Shown here piece after piece: positions 14,363 to 28,208 of a stretch of 64,000 nucleotides of DNA. The notes beneath the pieces were generated by a model. That model searched no databases. It was given only the letters and a program-made list of their open reading frames with translations, and was not told where the DNA came from. Where the stretch lies: the NCBI GenBank assembly GCA_951406725.2, contig OX597816.1:33852001-33916000 (forward strand), read 5' to 3'. A program made the position numbers and the translations under genes. The stretch comes from Octopus vulgaris. Lineage: Eukaryota. Position 1 is the stretch's first letter. Each line of letters starts with the position of its first letter.

Positions 14363-16811
14363 GTAATATATATAGAAATTTGTGTTATATATCTAGAAAT
14401 ATTTCTTCTAACTATTTATTGTTGGGGATATGGGTGCACCATTTTAGATATATTTGTGTAACGTTTCTAGAGATATTTATGTTGTGTTTCTAAAGATATA
14501 CGTGTACTATATATCGAGATATTTGTTTTATTATTGCTAGCAATCTTGAACATTTCAAGAGTTATATTTTGAAATATTTATCTTAACTAAGTATTTCGGT
14601 GTTTAATCAAACAAAACATTTGCTTTTCTCCTTTGTGGTTAATTCCATGAAAATGTAATCCTGAAACAATGGATTAGACGAAAATTGCATTGGTAAAAAT
14701 TTATTTCCTGGTAATTAGCGTCTTAATTGTCCGTTCTAAAAGATATTTAATCATTATGACTCTGTAGGATTTAAATGGTAAATTATGTGATAAATTGCAT
14801 GATAAATTGGAGGTTTAATCGCAGAAATTAATGTCTATATGTTGTGTGAAATATGCATTCGATTATATTAGAGATAATTCAATCCTTATACAAATTTATT
14901 ATTCTGCACATCATCTCATTCAAAAATTTTGAAATTATCTTGCATACAAATCGTATATGAATATTCGTTGTAATTTTAGTTTCAGAAACAGTCTTTTACT
15001 CTTTATCTCAACACCCTCAAAACAGAGACACTATGATAAATGACAGTTTCATTGACAAATTTTGGGAACCTGCCAGCAGTACGACTTTACCCCATTACGT
15101 TTCTTCCGTAAGGAGGAATAACCTTGAATTTTGCTAAATTTAGATTAATCCGTACAACACGAGGAAGATAGAAATTCTAGATTTTTTTCTCTCTCGACAA
15201 AGAGCTTGGATGGAAACTAGTACCAATTTACAAACTAAACAGCTAGTTGTCGTCGTAGACAACTATAGCTCATCTCTTACACTGTGCATTTATATTCACT
15301 ACTTCCCAGTTTGTAATTGATGGATAAAGAATTAGTGAGTTGTATACTGTTAAAATTGTTACGTGTTTGTTCTCACTTTGCCAGTATATAGATAGTTATT
15401 TGGAATAAAATGAATTATATATCTAGTCTTTAAGAGGTTAACTAGAAGCAGATTTTTGGACTGTTATTGTAAAATTGTAGCTCTATCCCAACTTCAGCCA
15501 TATTTAACACCCAATAATTTTAGAGGTAAAGAAATATAGTCCAAGGGATGTAGCGGTGTAATGGTCCCGTGTATACTTGCCATTAATTCAGCCGAGAGCA
15601 TTCGATTTTCCTTACCTTTTTCGCAAAAGTTATACTCTGAAATGGTGGATACCTTACGGTAATTTTTTTAAAGTCCACTACATTTGTATATTCCGTGAAC
15701 ATATTTAATGTATTCTTGTGAGCAAAATTTAGCCTGTAGGTAGTTGAGCATCCCCCTATAAATAGCAATGAAATCTTCGCCAAAGTGTGCCCTAGATTAT
15801 TTAGGAAAAGAAGGACGTATATATTCCCCTCATGCGTGAACTCTGTTTAGGAAAATAAACATAACATAATAATTGCAACTGGAAAATTATGTTCATAAGT
15901 CTGCTACGCATGAAATGACCCGAGAGTAAACAACAACACTAGCAGCAACAAAATTTATTTCAATTTTTGCTTCATTGATTACTTGAGTGTCTGTTCAGTT
16001 ATCTCAGGAACCACTAAAAAAACAAAACTGGAATCTCACAGCCTTCTGTTTATCAATAATTTACAAGCAAAAAATATTTTCGTTTTATTTTTTTCAATGC
16101 CGAGATCTTGCATATGTGGCTATTCATTTAGCTAATGCTGGGCTAGCTACGGGGTACGGTAAAAAGGAAATCAATTGTACGAAAAACCAAATACATAGAA
16201 CTACATTCACAAGCAATTTTTTACTAAATATTGTTGGTTATGATAATAGGGCAAAATATATAGAAAATGCCGACATTAAAGCTTCAGGAAAATTCGTTTC
16301 TTTTCCATATCGCTCGATATATATATTTCTCCATTTAATATAGAGAAAAATATATATTCCGATTATGGAATAGCAAAGAAACTACATTGCGACATATCCA
16401 TATTGTTGGTGTTGTTTTTAATTGTATTTTAACCCCAGGCTGTCTGTGATTGTGCAGATCACTGTTTAAATGTATTTCAGCTACGATCAGCATTGCTTAT
16501 AAACTGTAAACCCACACTGATTAAAACCACCAGAGTCTTTATTTTTAAGGAATTTTTTATATTCTATCTTGCATTTTGAACTGTCAAATCGAGACATTTT
16601 GTTAAAGTCGATGTTATAGATGCTGCAGATACTTTTCTGGCTATTTTTGTTGTTGCTGTTCTTACTGCTACTCCTGTTTTTACACCTGTTCCTACAGCTA
16701 TTCTGACTGCTATTGACGCTGCTGTTGGTGAAACTATCATCGTTGATGCAGCTGCTACCACTTTTATTGTTTCTGTTGCTGTTACTTGTGTCGCTGTTGT
16801 TGCTGCTTTTG

Positions 16812-17340
16812 CTAGTACAGTTGATGCAGATGGACACGTCTTTCTTCCATGTCTTTAATAATTGTGCCTGGACGATTAGCCTGGATCGTTCTGTCCGTGT
16901 TGACTGGAAAATCCCAAAGGATAGTAACATTTTTACTTTCAAGGACTGGCTCAGGATGACGTTCGTACCAGTAAACAAAAGTACAAATTTTGTAGTGTTT
17001 ACATATTTTCCTATGTAAATACTGTCCCTTATCGTGGCGACTTTTGTATACATTTGGTGTCAGCAAAAGACATCTCGAAAGAAGATGGTGTATTGTGTCG
17101 CCAGATGTGTGGCAGAACCTGAATTTAGGGTCAGAACCGAACCGGTTTGAAGAACGTTAGATTGGTAGTTTCTGGTAACTAATCTTCAATCCTGTACCAC
17201 CAATAATAAACTTTCAGACTCTGCTTTCAGTACTGAACTTCTCAGCCACTCATGTTTTTATTAGTTGTCGACATCAGCATTTTGACATCGAAAAATATAT
17301 TGTCCATGCAGAGGCTTCTGGTCCGACCGCCCTTGAATTT
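16812..17340 (-). mobile_element. R4/Dong-like (restriction-like endonuclease) non-LTR retrotransposon remnant
   Basis: LHGQY...WLRSSVLKAESESLL, KSRHDK...HRKICKHY and TILWDFPVNTDRTIQANRP(G)TIIKD match the RHD and PD region of RLE-type elements. Confidence 0.8.
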
Positions 17341-17944
17341 GTTTTGAGTAAAACCCTTCAAACATAAAGCGGGAACCATTTCTGTTAATAACCGACTTCA
17401 TTGACATTAGACATCACTGAGACAGAAATGTATTTACGCAGATTTTATTTATATTTTTTTTTAAGCCATTCCAAGTTGAAGGGAAAATGTCTGAAATGAA
17501 ACCACAATATCATGTGCTTTTACAATATTTCATATCAAAATGGCTCGTTGACTCAAAAGGAGTTCGTAGCACACACACACACAGCAATCACCATCAACAA
17601 CAACACCAGCAGCATCACCGAAAACAAAGACACAGTACACAGCACAAACAGACTGCACAAACACTACAAGCATTACAGCCATCGACACCGACAACACATA
17701 CCTTGTTAAATATACCAGACAACACACAGACACCACAACGGAAGACTTTCTCTTTCCAACACACTATGCACCACCATCACACGTACAAATCTTGAAATGA
17801 AAGCACGACACGTACAACAATTTAAAGATTAATGTTACAAATGTTGTTCGGTCATTTCAAAAAAAAATATTTTCGAAAAGACTGTACAAAAAAGATCTGC
17901 GCAAATGATTTGTTTACAGCGATCAAATGTATGTGTTCTACGTT

Positions 17945-18133
17945 AGCTCACACCCTCCAACAAATCGACATTCTCTGAACAGGACCACGGTGTATCACAA
18001 ATCAGGTGTGATTGCAGAGCAACGCGAACTGAAGCGTTTTGCAAAACAATACAAAGCACCAACCGATCTAAGAATTAAAACCACGATCTCGCGATATCGA
18101 ATGCAACTCTAACCAATAAGCCATGCGCCCTCA
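17945..18133 (-). mobile_element. Degenerate tRNA-derived SINE head
   Basis: Reverse complement reads gagggcgcatggcttattggttagagt..., resembling the family B head. Confidence 0.5.
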
Positions 18134-18459
18134 TATATATTTGTATCTAATTTTATCTCAGAATAAGTACCTCACATAGATATGTACTTCACACCAGTTT
18201 TCTGCTACCTTCTTTTGACTATTAAGTTCTCGATTGAACACGGCATTACATCTTTTACATTTTTCTGTGCATATCCTTGTCCTTATATAATGGCTAAAAT
18301 ATTCTTTAGTCTGAAACGACATGTGCAACAAGTTGTTGCTCTATTTGTTTTACGTACATGTGTAGGAATACATTACTTGGTATTTAGCAATGTTAATAAA
18401 AATGGGTATTTAACTAGAATCTGTTGAAGCTAATTTGTTTTTATTTTCGTTGTTATGAA

Positions 18460-18750
18460 GTTGATCACGTGATAACGTGACCGACCAGGACATCAAATGT
18501 TGCTACACGCTTCGCATTGTTTTAGCATTCAATGACGCCCACCATGCTGGGTAAGCGAGCAGGCCAACATAAGTAAGAGAGAAAGTTGTGGTGAAAGAGT
18601 GCAGCAGAGATCGCCACCACCGCTGCAGGAGCCTTGTGGAGTTTTAGGTGTTTTCGCTCAATAAACACTCACAACGCACGGTCTGGGAATCGAAACCGCG
18701 ATCATAGGACCGTGTGTCTGCTACCCTAACCACCGGGTCATTGCGCCTCC
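18460..18750 (-). mobile_element. tRNA-derived SINE family B
   Basis: Head ggaggcgcaatgacccggtggttaggg...gtttcgattccc; body shared with the copy at 44583. Confidence 0.8.
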
Positions 18751-19459
18751 TCATGAAGTTACTAAAAATTTCTAACTATTTCGGTTTAACTAGGTCTCTT
18801 AGTTTCTCTTACACATTCAACATTATTTTTTTTAAAATTGCCTTCACAGATTTCCTTTTTATTAATCACATGATATAGAAACACATATTTTATCAAAAGA
18901 GAAGAGTTTGGAATAGGAGGAAGCGAGTAAGGGAGAGAAAGGAAGGAGAGAAAAGAAAACTGGAAATGAATATAGTCACCGTAAAGAAACTCGAAATTTT
19001 AGTGTATACACACACGGACACACACACATTTATATATACACACACATAAACATATAAACCCACACGTACATACATATATATACACCAACATACACATACA
19101 TACATATGCATATATTACTCTGATATCGAGATTTTACGACTAACTATTTTGCTTGTAAATCAGTGACCAATAGTCGGTTTGTTTACAATGTATTGGTGGT
19201 GAGATTGAACTCTTGCTATCTCTCTAGAGGCCAGGTACTCGCGTCTGACGATAAACCAAGCGGCTCCAAACTGAAACAGTCTCGCTATACTGATGTCTGC
19301 CAGAGTATGGTAGATTTTCGCTCCCGTTCTATCAATATATATTGTATATAGAGGGTGCAGCGTAGCACAGATAACCAGCTGGTGGAAGATCTGCCTGGAG
19401 TTAAACTAGTAGTAACACGGAGCAGCCACTTTGACATGGCCAATAACTTTACTCATTTA

Positions 19460-19469
19460 TATGATGATG

Positions 19470-19512
<43 letters not shown>

Positions 19513-19514
19513 TA

Positions 19515-19546
<32 letters not shown>

Positions 19547-19568
19547 CATCATCATCATCATCATGGTG

Positions 19569-19625
<57 letters not shown>

Positions 19626-19628
19626 TTT

Positions 19629-19682
<54 letters not shown>
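19460..19682. repeat. Compound (AAT)n/(GAT)n/(CAT)n microsatellite
   Basis: Direct reading. Confidence 0.95.
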
Positions 19683-19683
<1 letters not shown>

Positions 19684-20237
19684 GCCCTGATGCAGTACCA
19701 GGCAGTGGCTCTCATGGCTTCTGATCTTAACTGATTGCAAGTGTTATCATGTACATTGTTTTGTCTTGGTATAAAAGATGGGCTACAGCAAATGTTCTGC
19801 TCAATACCACAGATTTGCTTGTCAGTTGTTTGACCTTAACCAGTTGAGCATGTCCCTTAGTGGCTGACGATATGTGCATCTCTGATCACGAGCAGAAGTA
19901 GTGGGGGAGCATCATAGCCCTGTGTTGAGAGGGATTCTTTGGGGTTTGAATAATTCACCTCTGGAAACATGGGTGGTTCTTTCAACATCCTTAAACAACC
20001 CTTATTCAGGGACCTTTTGAGCGGGATGGGCTACTCAACCTGAAGAAAATTCTAACTGGGCCCCACCTGCAAGGTCATGTGCTGTTTATCTTGACATGAG
20101 ATCACCATGTCGCGCACATATGTTTGTGATGCATGTGCCTGGTGTACCTTTATCAGACGGGTAATCATGATGGGTATATTGAGCTTCGTATATTTTACCC
20201 CAGTGTCACTTTGATGGCATGCACTGCTGTCTCACTC
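19683..20237 (+). mobile_element. 555-bp non-coding, GC-richer element embedded in an (AAT)n tract
   Basis: Sharp compositional boundaries with pure (AAT)n on both sides; no long ORF. Orientation assumed from the (AAT)n tail. Confidence 0.6.
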
Positions 20238-20286
<49 letters not shown>

Positions 20287-20457
20287 GGCGCAGGAGTGGC
20301 TGTGTGGTAAGTAGCTTGCTAACCGACCACATGGTTCCGGGTTCAGTCCCACAGCGTGGCACCTTGGGCAAGTGTCTTCTGCTATAGCCCCGGGCCAACC
20401 AATGCCTTGTGAGTGGATTTTGTTGATTGAAACTGAAAGAAGCCCGTCGTATATATG

Positions 20458-20488
<31 letters not shown>

Positions 20489-20698
20489 TTGTGTGTCTGT
20501 GCTTGTCCCCCTAGCATTGCTGGACAACCGATGCTAGTGTGTTTACGTCCCCGTCACCTAGCGGTTCGGCAAAAGGGACCGATAAAATAAGTACTGGACT
20601 TACAAAGAATAAGTCCCAGGGTTGATTTGCTCGACTAAAGTTGGTGCTCCAACATGGCCGCAGTCAAATGACTGAAACAAGTAAGAAAAAAGAAAGAG
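20287..20698 (+). mobile_element. tRNA-derived SINE family A, full length
   Basis: ggcgcaggagtggctgtgtggtaag (A box)...ggttcagtccc (B box), CORE-like ccttgggcaagtgtctt, internal (TA)/(TG), tail gactgaaacaagtaa. Confidence 0.92.
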
Positions 20699-21499
20699 AA
20701 TAACAATAATAATCATAATAATAAAAGAAAGAGAGAGGGGAAAATGTTAGGAAATAGGGTGGTGTTGAAATTATAGGCTAAGATGGCAATTCCTTCTCGA
20801 TCCCATTGCATATCGTACCCTTCTCCCACACTCTCTCTCTGCCTCTCATTTCACCTCTCTTCCAGCATCTCCCTTCTCCTTTCTGTGTCTTGTTATATTT
20901 CAGAATTGACAAACTGCATCTACCATAACCGGTCATAACCATAAATAAAAAATATGACTTTCTGCTTCTTTCATTTTTTTCTAATAATGCAGTATACTAT
21001 ATATCACGGAGAACATCATGTTTAACTTAAAATACATATGTATGTGATTAGAATGCTATGATTTTTGTTAACCTTCATTACTACCCAATTAAATATGAAA
21101 ATTGTTCAACATTTCTTCATTTGAAATTCATTTCTTATTAATACTTATTCAATATAAGTAAATATGAATTGGAGTTTTAATCCCACTCTCAGATGGCAGA
21201 ATAAGAATTTGATTTTCCCTATTTAATGTTAGTTATTGGAAAATTTCAATATGTACAGCTGTTACCATTTTCACTACTTTGTCTTTCTCTCTGCTTCTCT
21301 CTCGATATATCTTGACAATAACAGAATTTACTTTCTCCAGACATATACGATACGTATTAAGATTTAAATCGAATAACGAGAAATCATATCTTACTAATAC
21401 AGTTTAAAAATAAAGCTTTGAAATATTAAGAAAAAAGAAAAAAGAAAATTATAAAAAAATAAATTTGGCTTTACAATGATCTTCTCAACCTTACATTAA

Positions 21500-21950
21500 G
21501 AACTCCAATTTTATCAGAAGCATTATTTGTAAAACACTTTCATGAGCACCCCTCCATCATTCATCACATGAAATGTTGGATCCATGGGTTTTCTTACATA
21601 ACCTTCGGTTTACGAAAGATGAGTGAAAGTCATTGTGCAAATGGAGATTGTGTCGACGTCTATAAGAGGGACAGTTTCACTTTTTGATTAGGGAAATTAA
21701 TGTACCATAAGTTTTGCTTCCGCCGCCAGAGATTTTGTGTAACTTTCGAGTTTCCTCTGTAGCAAGTAATGGGGCCACGTTTCAATTCTATACCACATCT
21801 TTCCATTTCTTGCAATTTTTGGAAGAAAAGAATAAAGTTTACATTGACGGGCTTCTTATTCTGACAAATTCAGAAAATAGGCAAAGAAGGGATCATTTTA
21901 TTTGATCTTTTAGCTGATCAATTGCTTTGGAAAAGCCAACCAAAATATGC
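21500..21950 (-). mobile_element. Possible very old Tc1-like transposase fragment
   Basis: Minus strand reads EGYVRKPMDPTFHVMNDGGVLMKV, resembling the Tc1 GRVxVRR...MDP...GGGSVMVW region. Weak. Confidence 0.35.
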
Positions 21951-22519
21951 GTCAGATAACATTAACAGATAACTGGGTGCATTTCTAGCAGTTTGAAGGA
22001 TTACCACGATGTATGGTTAAACTATGTATTTAAAAAAATTCAGTCAGAATGGTCTGAGAAAAATGTGAGATGGATGAAGCTGCAATGACTTTCAACATGG
22101 CCTCTAGGCTGTTCTTGACTTGATGTTAAACACCACCACTACTACTATCACTATGACAACAACACCACCGCCAATGCTAGCAACAACAGTATCAGAGTTT
22201 CAAACCATTGAGTGGATAAGCCAAAAACCTATTAGACACATTGTCTTGTACCTTTAGAATTGTGCTAAACACTGTTCCATAAAATATAAAATATATTTTA
22301 TAAATTTGTTTACAAATTGGACAGACATTTTTTTCATATATTTACTGTTGATTTTTAAATAATAATTTTCAATAATATTTTTTTTTTTTTTTTCTGTTTC
22401 TAGTATAACACTAAATTGAAGATATACTCACCGATAATGTATTGTCATTGTCTGAACAAGCTATCGACAAGGCCTCTTAAAATTTTCAATTTTTTAACAA
22501 TTCTAAAGGTCTATACACA

Positions 22520-22682
22520 CACATCTCTCAGTCTCTCTCTTTCTCTTTCACTCTCACTGTCTTTCTCTCTCTATCACTAAACTCCCAATACACACACACA
22601 CACGCACACCTATATGTATATATATATATATATACATATATGTATGTATTAATGTATGTATATATATATATGTGTGTGTATA

Positions 22683-22724
<42 letters not shown>

Positions 22725-22725
22725 T

Positions 22726-22756
<31 letters not shown>

Positions 22757-22876
22757 TTATGATTAATATTATATATATATAATAAAATAGAAAGAGAGAA
22801 GAGAGAGAGAGAATCATTATATATATTATTTATATATATATATAATATATATGTACTAGATATATGAATCGTGCAT

Positions 22877-22910
<34 letters not shown>

Positions 22911-22951
22911 TATATGAGAGAATACGAGATAGAGAGAGAGAGAATCGTGCA

Positions 22952-23000
<49 letters not shown>

Positions 23001-23045
23001 GTATATGAATACGTATGTATATATATGTATTTATATATGTATGTA
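22520..23045. repeat. Compound (CT)/(CA)/(TA)/(GA) microsatellite with repeated gaatc(gtg)cat junctions
   Basis: Direct reading. Confidence 0.85.
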
Positions 23046-25524
23046 TTACTTATTAATATACGTTCCTGAAGAGAGGCGGAAACAATTTACTGTCTGTTAA
23101 ATAGTTTGGACGAAAAGAAATGAGTGGAATCTAAAGAGGAAACTTGAGTGGTGTAAGTTAATGCAATATATAAATTTAATAGCTCTCATGGAAGTTGTTT
23201 GTAAACCTATATTATTGGATATTCATCAATAATTTTATCGAAAATCCTCTTCGTGCACAAACACAGTAAGTTAATACATGCGTATATTGTGGGTCTAAAC
23301 GTAATCTTAAACCCATTCGGATAATATTTGGGAAAAGCATCATCCCAAGAAGGTGCAAACTAGTTGTTGAATCATAAGCAGGAATAAGGTATTCACTTTC
23401 AGACGCATAAAACGAATGGGAATGAGAGTGGAAGCACACAGATCAATCGTAATGGTAATATCAATAAATATTTCCACATCATAATTTACTCTGGACTGGA
23501 AACATTTTTGTTATTTTGTGATATTTTATGTTAAAACAGAGAAAATCAGGTTTTTAAGGGAAAAATATTTACGTAAATGATATTTGCACCGAAATGACTG
23601 GGAACCTAGCGCCAGAACAGCATACGACGTTATTGTTAATCGTGTGATTTTTCTTTTATGATCATTCAATTATTGTCTTTGAGTAATTTCATTCTGGTTG
23701 ATAATGCGATGCGAAAGAAATGCGTATCCTATGATGAATTTGACCTGGAAATGTACCCAATTCATTAGTATTGTTTTCAGTGTATTCCCATGAATTGGGT
23801 GTTTTGTTGGGTGACACTGTAAAGTATTCAGATATTAATAGAATATTGTTCAATATGTAATCTATTATAATATATATACTTAAAATAAAATTCATAGTTA
23901 ATAGCAGTAAATACTAGATAGTCATATGTTTGAAATAATGACTAAATACATGCAAATCTATTGTACGTGATTTACTTGAAATCTACAAAGCAGATATGAA
24001 AAATTCAGTATAATACAATCGTGCTGTCTGAATACACAACAGGAAAAATAGAAAAAGGTTCTAATAAACAAATCTATCAAACTAATAAATGAAATAACAT
24101 GAAATCCTCTACACACTCGATCAACCTGATATTAATAGTCGGTAAATCTTTTTTTCAAATAAAGCATATTCGTCTTAAAAATGTAAGAATACAATAGGAA
24201 AATATTTTCGAAGATGGAAGAAAATGGGAAGGTCATGAGAGCCGAGATGAGTTATAGTAAAGCAGCGATGAAATTTATTAGCTTTAGTTCCGAGCATATG
24301 ATAACTGTTAGGTGAATGAAACTATGGAAACTATACAGGGTCAACGTCTTAGTTTATTAGAAAGAAGAGAATAATATTCCTTATTAATCTATGAGAAATA
24401 TGTCAACTAATTTAAACGATACAATCAAAATAACAACGCTGGATCTAGTGACAAGCAGTATTAAAAAAGAAGCTACAGATTCACTATAAAATAGGCAGTA
24501 GTTCGAATGCTTATAGAAAATTTAACTTGTTGATCTTTAAATTTCCTGTGGCATATGAGAGACCAAAAACATAGAGTTCCAGTGATGAAACAAAAACTTG
24601 AGATAATTTGGAATTTTTCTGTTTCGTTTTGAGCTTTCTGTGCGTAGATGCTTTAATGTTAAGTAAAATATTGGAAGAAAAATAAGTATTTCGATGATAA
24701 TGATTATATATTTCTAGATATTCATAGATATTCCGCTTGACAAACAGTATGAAATCGTCATTTTTTTCTTAACGAATGAGAATGCAGCAAATCGAATATC
24801 CGGATTCATTCACACTGCCATGAGAAACTCTCTGATATTGACCTAACGTACATAATTCTAACTGGACAGGTAGTAACTGAATCAATAATTCACCTTGACT
24901 CAGACTGAATCGATGGACCGGATCTTCTGCCGGTTTTCCTACTATAACAATATAAAATGAAACTAGTGAAATATTTTATACAGATTTCATTGGGAAGAAG
25001 AAATGCAAGTTATGGTGTCATCAGCTCAAACATTAATCAGTGTTCCGTTCTGGAGAGGAGATTTATTATACATGTTCCGGTTGACTAATATTCATTTGTT
25101 CTTCAGACGTTAGATACGGTAACATTCGGACAATCACGGACATAGTTAATCTCGTTGTAATAATTGTTTTTATTGTTTAGCCTTTTTCCACAAGTTCAAA
25201 ACTGGTATGAAAAATAATTATGGTCGAAGATATTGTAACCTTGGTCATTCTGTTTTTTTTTTTGTTGTTGTTTCATTTTAGCTTAGGTCACACTAATTTA
25301 TTTAACATGTTCTTATTTAAAAGGTAACTGGTCATTATATGGCTATGGTTTGCGGCTATTTCTAAAAGGCTTATTTACATAGTAAACGCTCCTTCCTTCT
25401 TTCATCATATTCAAGGTTAACCATATATGTAAGTATATTTGTAATTTGAAAATGCATTGTAGTAAAGAAAAAGTTTTTATTAGTCTCGAACTAGGGACCG
25501 ACCCCCTTGCACTTATTACTTGCA

Positions 25525-25549
25525 ATTGGTGGTGATGATGGTAGTGGTT

Positions 25550-25607
<58 letters not shown>

Positions 25608-25622
25608 CAGTAGTAGTAGTTA
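25525..25622. repeat. (TAG)n microsatellite
   Basis: Direct reading. Confidence 0.9.
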
Positions 25623-26099
25623 TTGTTGTTCGGTCTCAAACCCACCTTCATACAGAAAAAATACTTTGATCAATATCTTCTAATACATAACGAGGATTAA
25701 TTTTTCCGGATTGCGCATATAGGATCAGATCCTTCGATATGAGCCAGACAAGAAGAGGACTGTAGTGTATGTGCCACTAAATCTTCTATCATACAATAAA
25801 ATACGGCACGCCACACTTCCTCCGCTGTTTAAATACGAATGTAAAATAAACGTAAATAAGTGATACGAATAGGGCAACCCGTGTATATATTCGCTTGATC
25901 TGTAAAAAACCAACCACTTTTTCTTCAAAGAGAAGAATACACGTTGGGTCAGAGATGACTGTACCAAATTAATAAATGAAGCCTAAAAACAGAGTAAGCA
26001 ACAGAAACATCACTGCAAACGAGGGATCCTCTATATGGGTAATGAAACATCTGGAAATACTAGCCAAAGTTACCTTAAAACACACTTTACCTTCGTTTT

Positions 26100-27435
26100 A
26101 TAAAACAAATATGCTATATAATATATATAAATAAGAAATGTGCATTTAAGTGAAAACTAAAATAAGAAATCAAAACTCACTTTTCTTAATGCAATTTTGT
26201 TCGAGCTACATATTTGGAATTTTTTCTTGGCAATGAGTTCATTAGTGTTTTTGGCTAGGTTCTGTGTTGTCGAGACTCTCAGGATGGATTTCAGGCGTTC
26301 ATCTGTGAGATGAATCCAATGTGACGTTTTATTCATCTTCATCACAAGAAACAGCTGCTCGCACAGATATGTGTTTACAAACAATGACAGATTTCGCGCT
26401 GCATGTAAACGGAGCTGGAACATTGCTTCAGGTATGAAGTGAGTGATCTGTGCCTGCTCCAAAGAGTCGTACTTTGTATTTAATGTCCCATTTCACAGCA
26501 GTTCTATCAGCTCCATTTGAATCTGTACACGTGCAGTTTCCACATTGACGGAAAATGGGTTGCGAAGCAGCTCAAAATTATTTTGACGCCATGTGAAGTC
26601 TAAAGCGCAGTGCCAATTCGGTACAGAACGCACTCAGTTTATCAGCTAAGTGTTGCTTTGGGAACACTGTGGAATTGACTTGGCTCAACATTACTCGGCA
26701 ACAGGGATTCTTTGGATTCTTTTACTGTCCATGAACTGCCATAGGTCCTCAACCAGTTTAGAAACTATATTGAGGAGCTTTTCCCGACTGGTCCACCGCA
26801 ACTCCATATGATACGTTACGTCACCGAACTCTGAATGTATTTCCCACAGGAAATACTGAAATTAGCAGTGATTTAACCCTTTTGGCTCGAATAAAATTTC
26901 CGGTTTGCGTTACAGTGCTCATTAGATGTTCCAAATTTAAATCTTAAGCGTGCAACGTTTCCTGGTGTATGATGCAGTGATATGTTGTGAAATATGTTGA
27001 GCATCGATTTAATGTCCAAAATGTCTTCTGTGACGAAGAAACTGGTGTCTACTCCCCGAATGAAGATAGCCAGCTTAACCCTATTAGACGTGTCAGTAGT
27101 CTCATCCACTGCAAAAGAGTATGAAACAAGATCTTTTCCGTTTTCAATCAACTGTGTTTTCAAACCTCTGGCCTTCTCACACACCTGATCAGCATCCGTA
27201 TTTCTGCTAATACTCACATTAGCAAATATTAGCTTTAAGTCTGGACACAAACGTCACATATTTTCATCAAGCAGTTCTTCAAAATATCAGGACTGATTTT
27301 GCGATCTTCTCTGCCACAAAATTGTTTCCTTTAACAGTAGCTTCACTTTGTGATTTTGCTTTTGTTAAAAAAGTCTTTTGTAACGTGATATTCCTCTTCG
27401 ATTCGTCCACCTTTCGTTGCTTCTGCTCAGCAGTG

Positions 27436-27521
<86 letters not shown>

Positions 27522-28208
27522 CCTGATGTTTTATCTCGTATTGGCGTTTGAGAGTATACTCTTTAATTACAGCAACATTAGCACCACAATAAAAACACAC
27601 GTTTTGCCATTAATCTCAGTAAGTATGTACTCGGTTTCCCCTTAGATTTGAAAGGTTCTGTTTTCATCATCGACTTTTCCCTTCGCCATTGATATAGATG
27701 GCGAAGGGAATGACGTCACGTGAAAACCGTCCACCGAAAGAGCGGTAAGGCGGTTGTTGAGGTGCATTATGGGATTAATAGATTTTTCGTTATCAGCGCT
27801 TCACAACACAATTAGAGAATCGAAGGAGGCGTTTTCCAGCATATTTTTTAGCAGTTACAATCAAGAGTTGTGACTGCGTTACCATGCCTCTTTAATGTGC
27901 TTGTTTGTTTGTACAGATAGGGGGTAATAGTTACTGCGGTGTTGTTTCTAGTCGTGTATTAGATTATTGATACATTTGGTGACACATTTTAGAAAGAAAG
28001 CTGGTGAAGAAGTTTCTGCTAAATATAATAGAATGGCCTGCTTTAGCCATACACTATGTATGTGTAGTTGAAACAAGAAGGCATCGGTGTTGCTGATTGC
28101 AGCAATGAAGTCTATTTGGACCACATTCATGCTGATATCAAAATGGTCCCGTGACCGGATGAAATTGCTGCTCCTTTTGCTTGACGGACCGGGAGTTTGA
28201 CATGTCTG
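26100..28208 (-). mobile_element. hAT transposon, Charlie/SPIN/GTF2IRD2-like, degenerate
   Basis: 5' terminus cagacatgtcaaactc (28208-28193) next to atctagaa, an NTCTAGAN-type target. N-terminus MAKGKVDDENRTFQ at 27689, YSFAVDETTDTS...LAIFIRGVD, and dimerisation domain TYLCEQLF...LTDERLKSILRV. (TA)n insert at 27439-27517; 3' TIR not found. Confidence 0.88.

Noticed and set aside
20035-20070. CTGAAGA inside the AAT-embedded element
   Set aside because: No stem II followed by GAAA.
20287-20360. tRNA-gene-like heads of the SINE copies
   Set aside because: They continue into SINE bodies and lack a full cloverleaf, so they are not called as tRNA genes.
23060-23115. CTGAAGA...GAAAC hammerhead-like string
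   Set aside because: No pairable stem II or stem I.
25640-26090. Possible non-autonomous Helitron
   Set aside because: No clear subterminal hairpin with a CTRR end; evidence insufficient.
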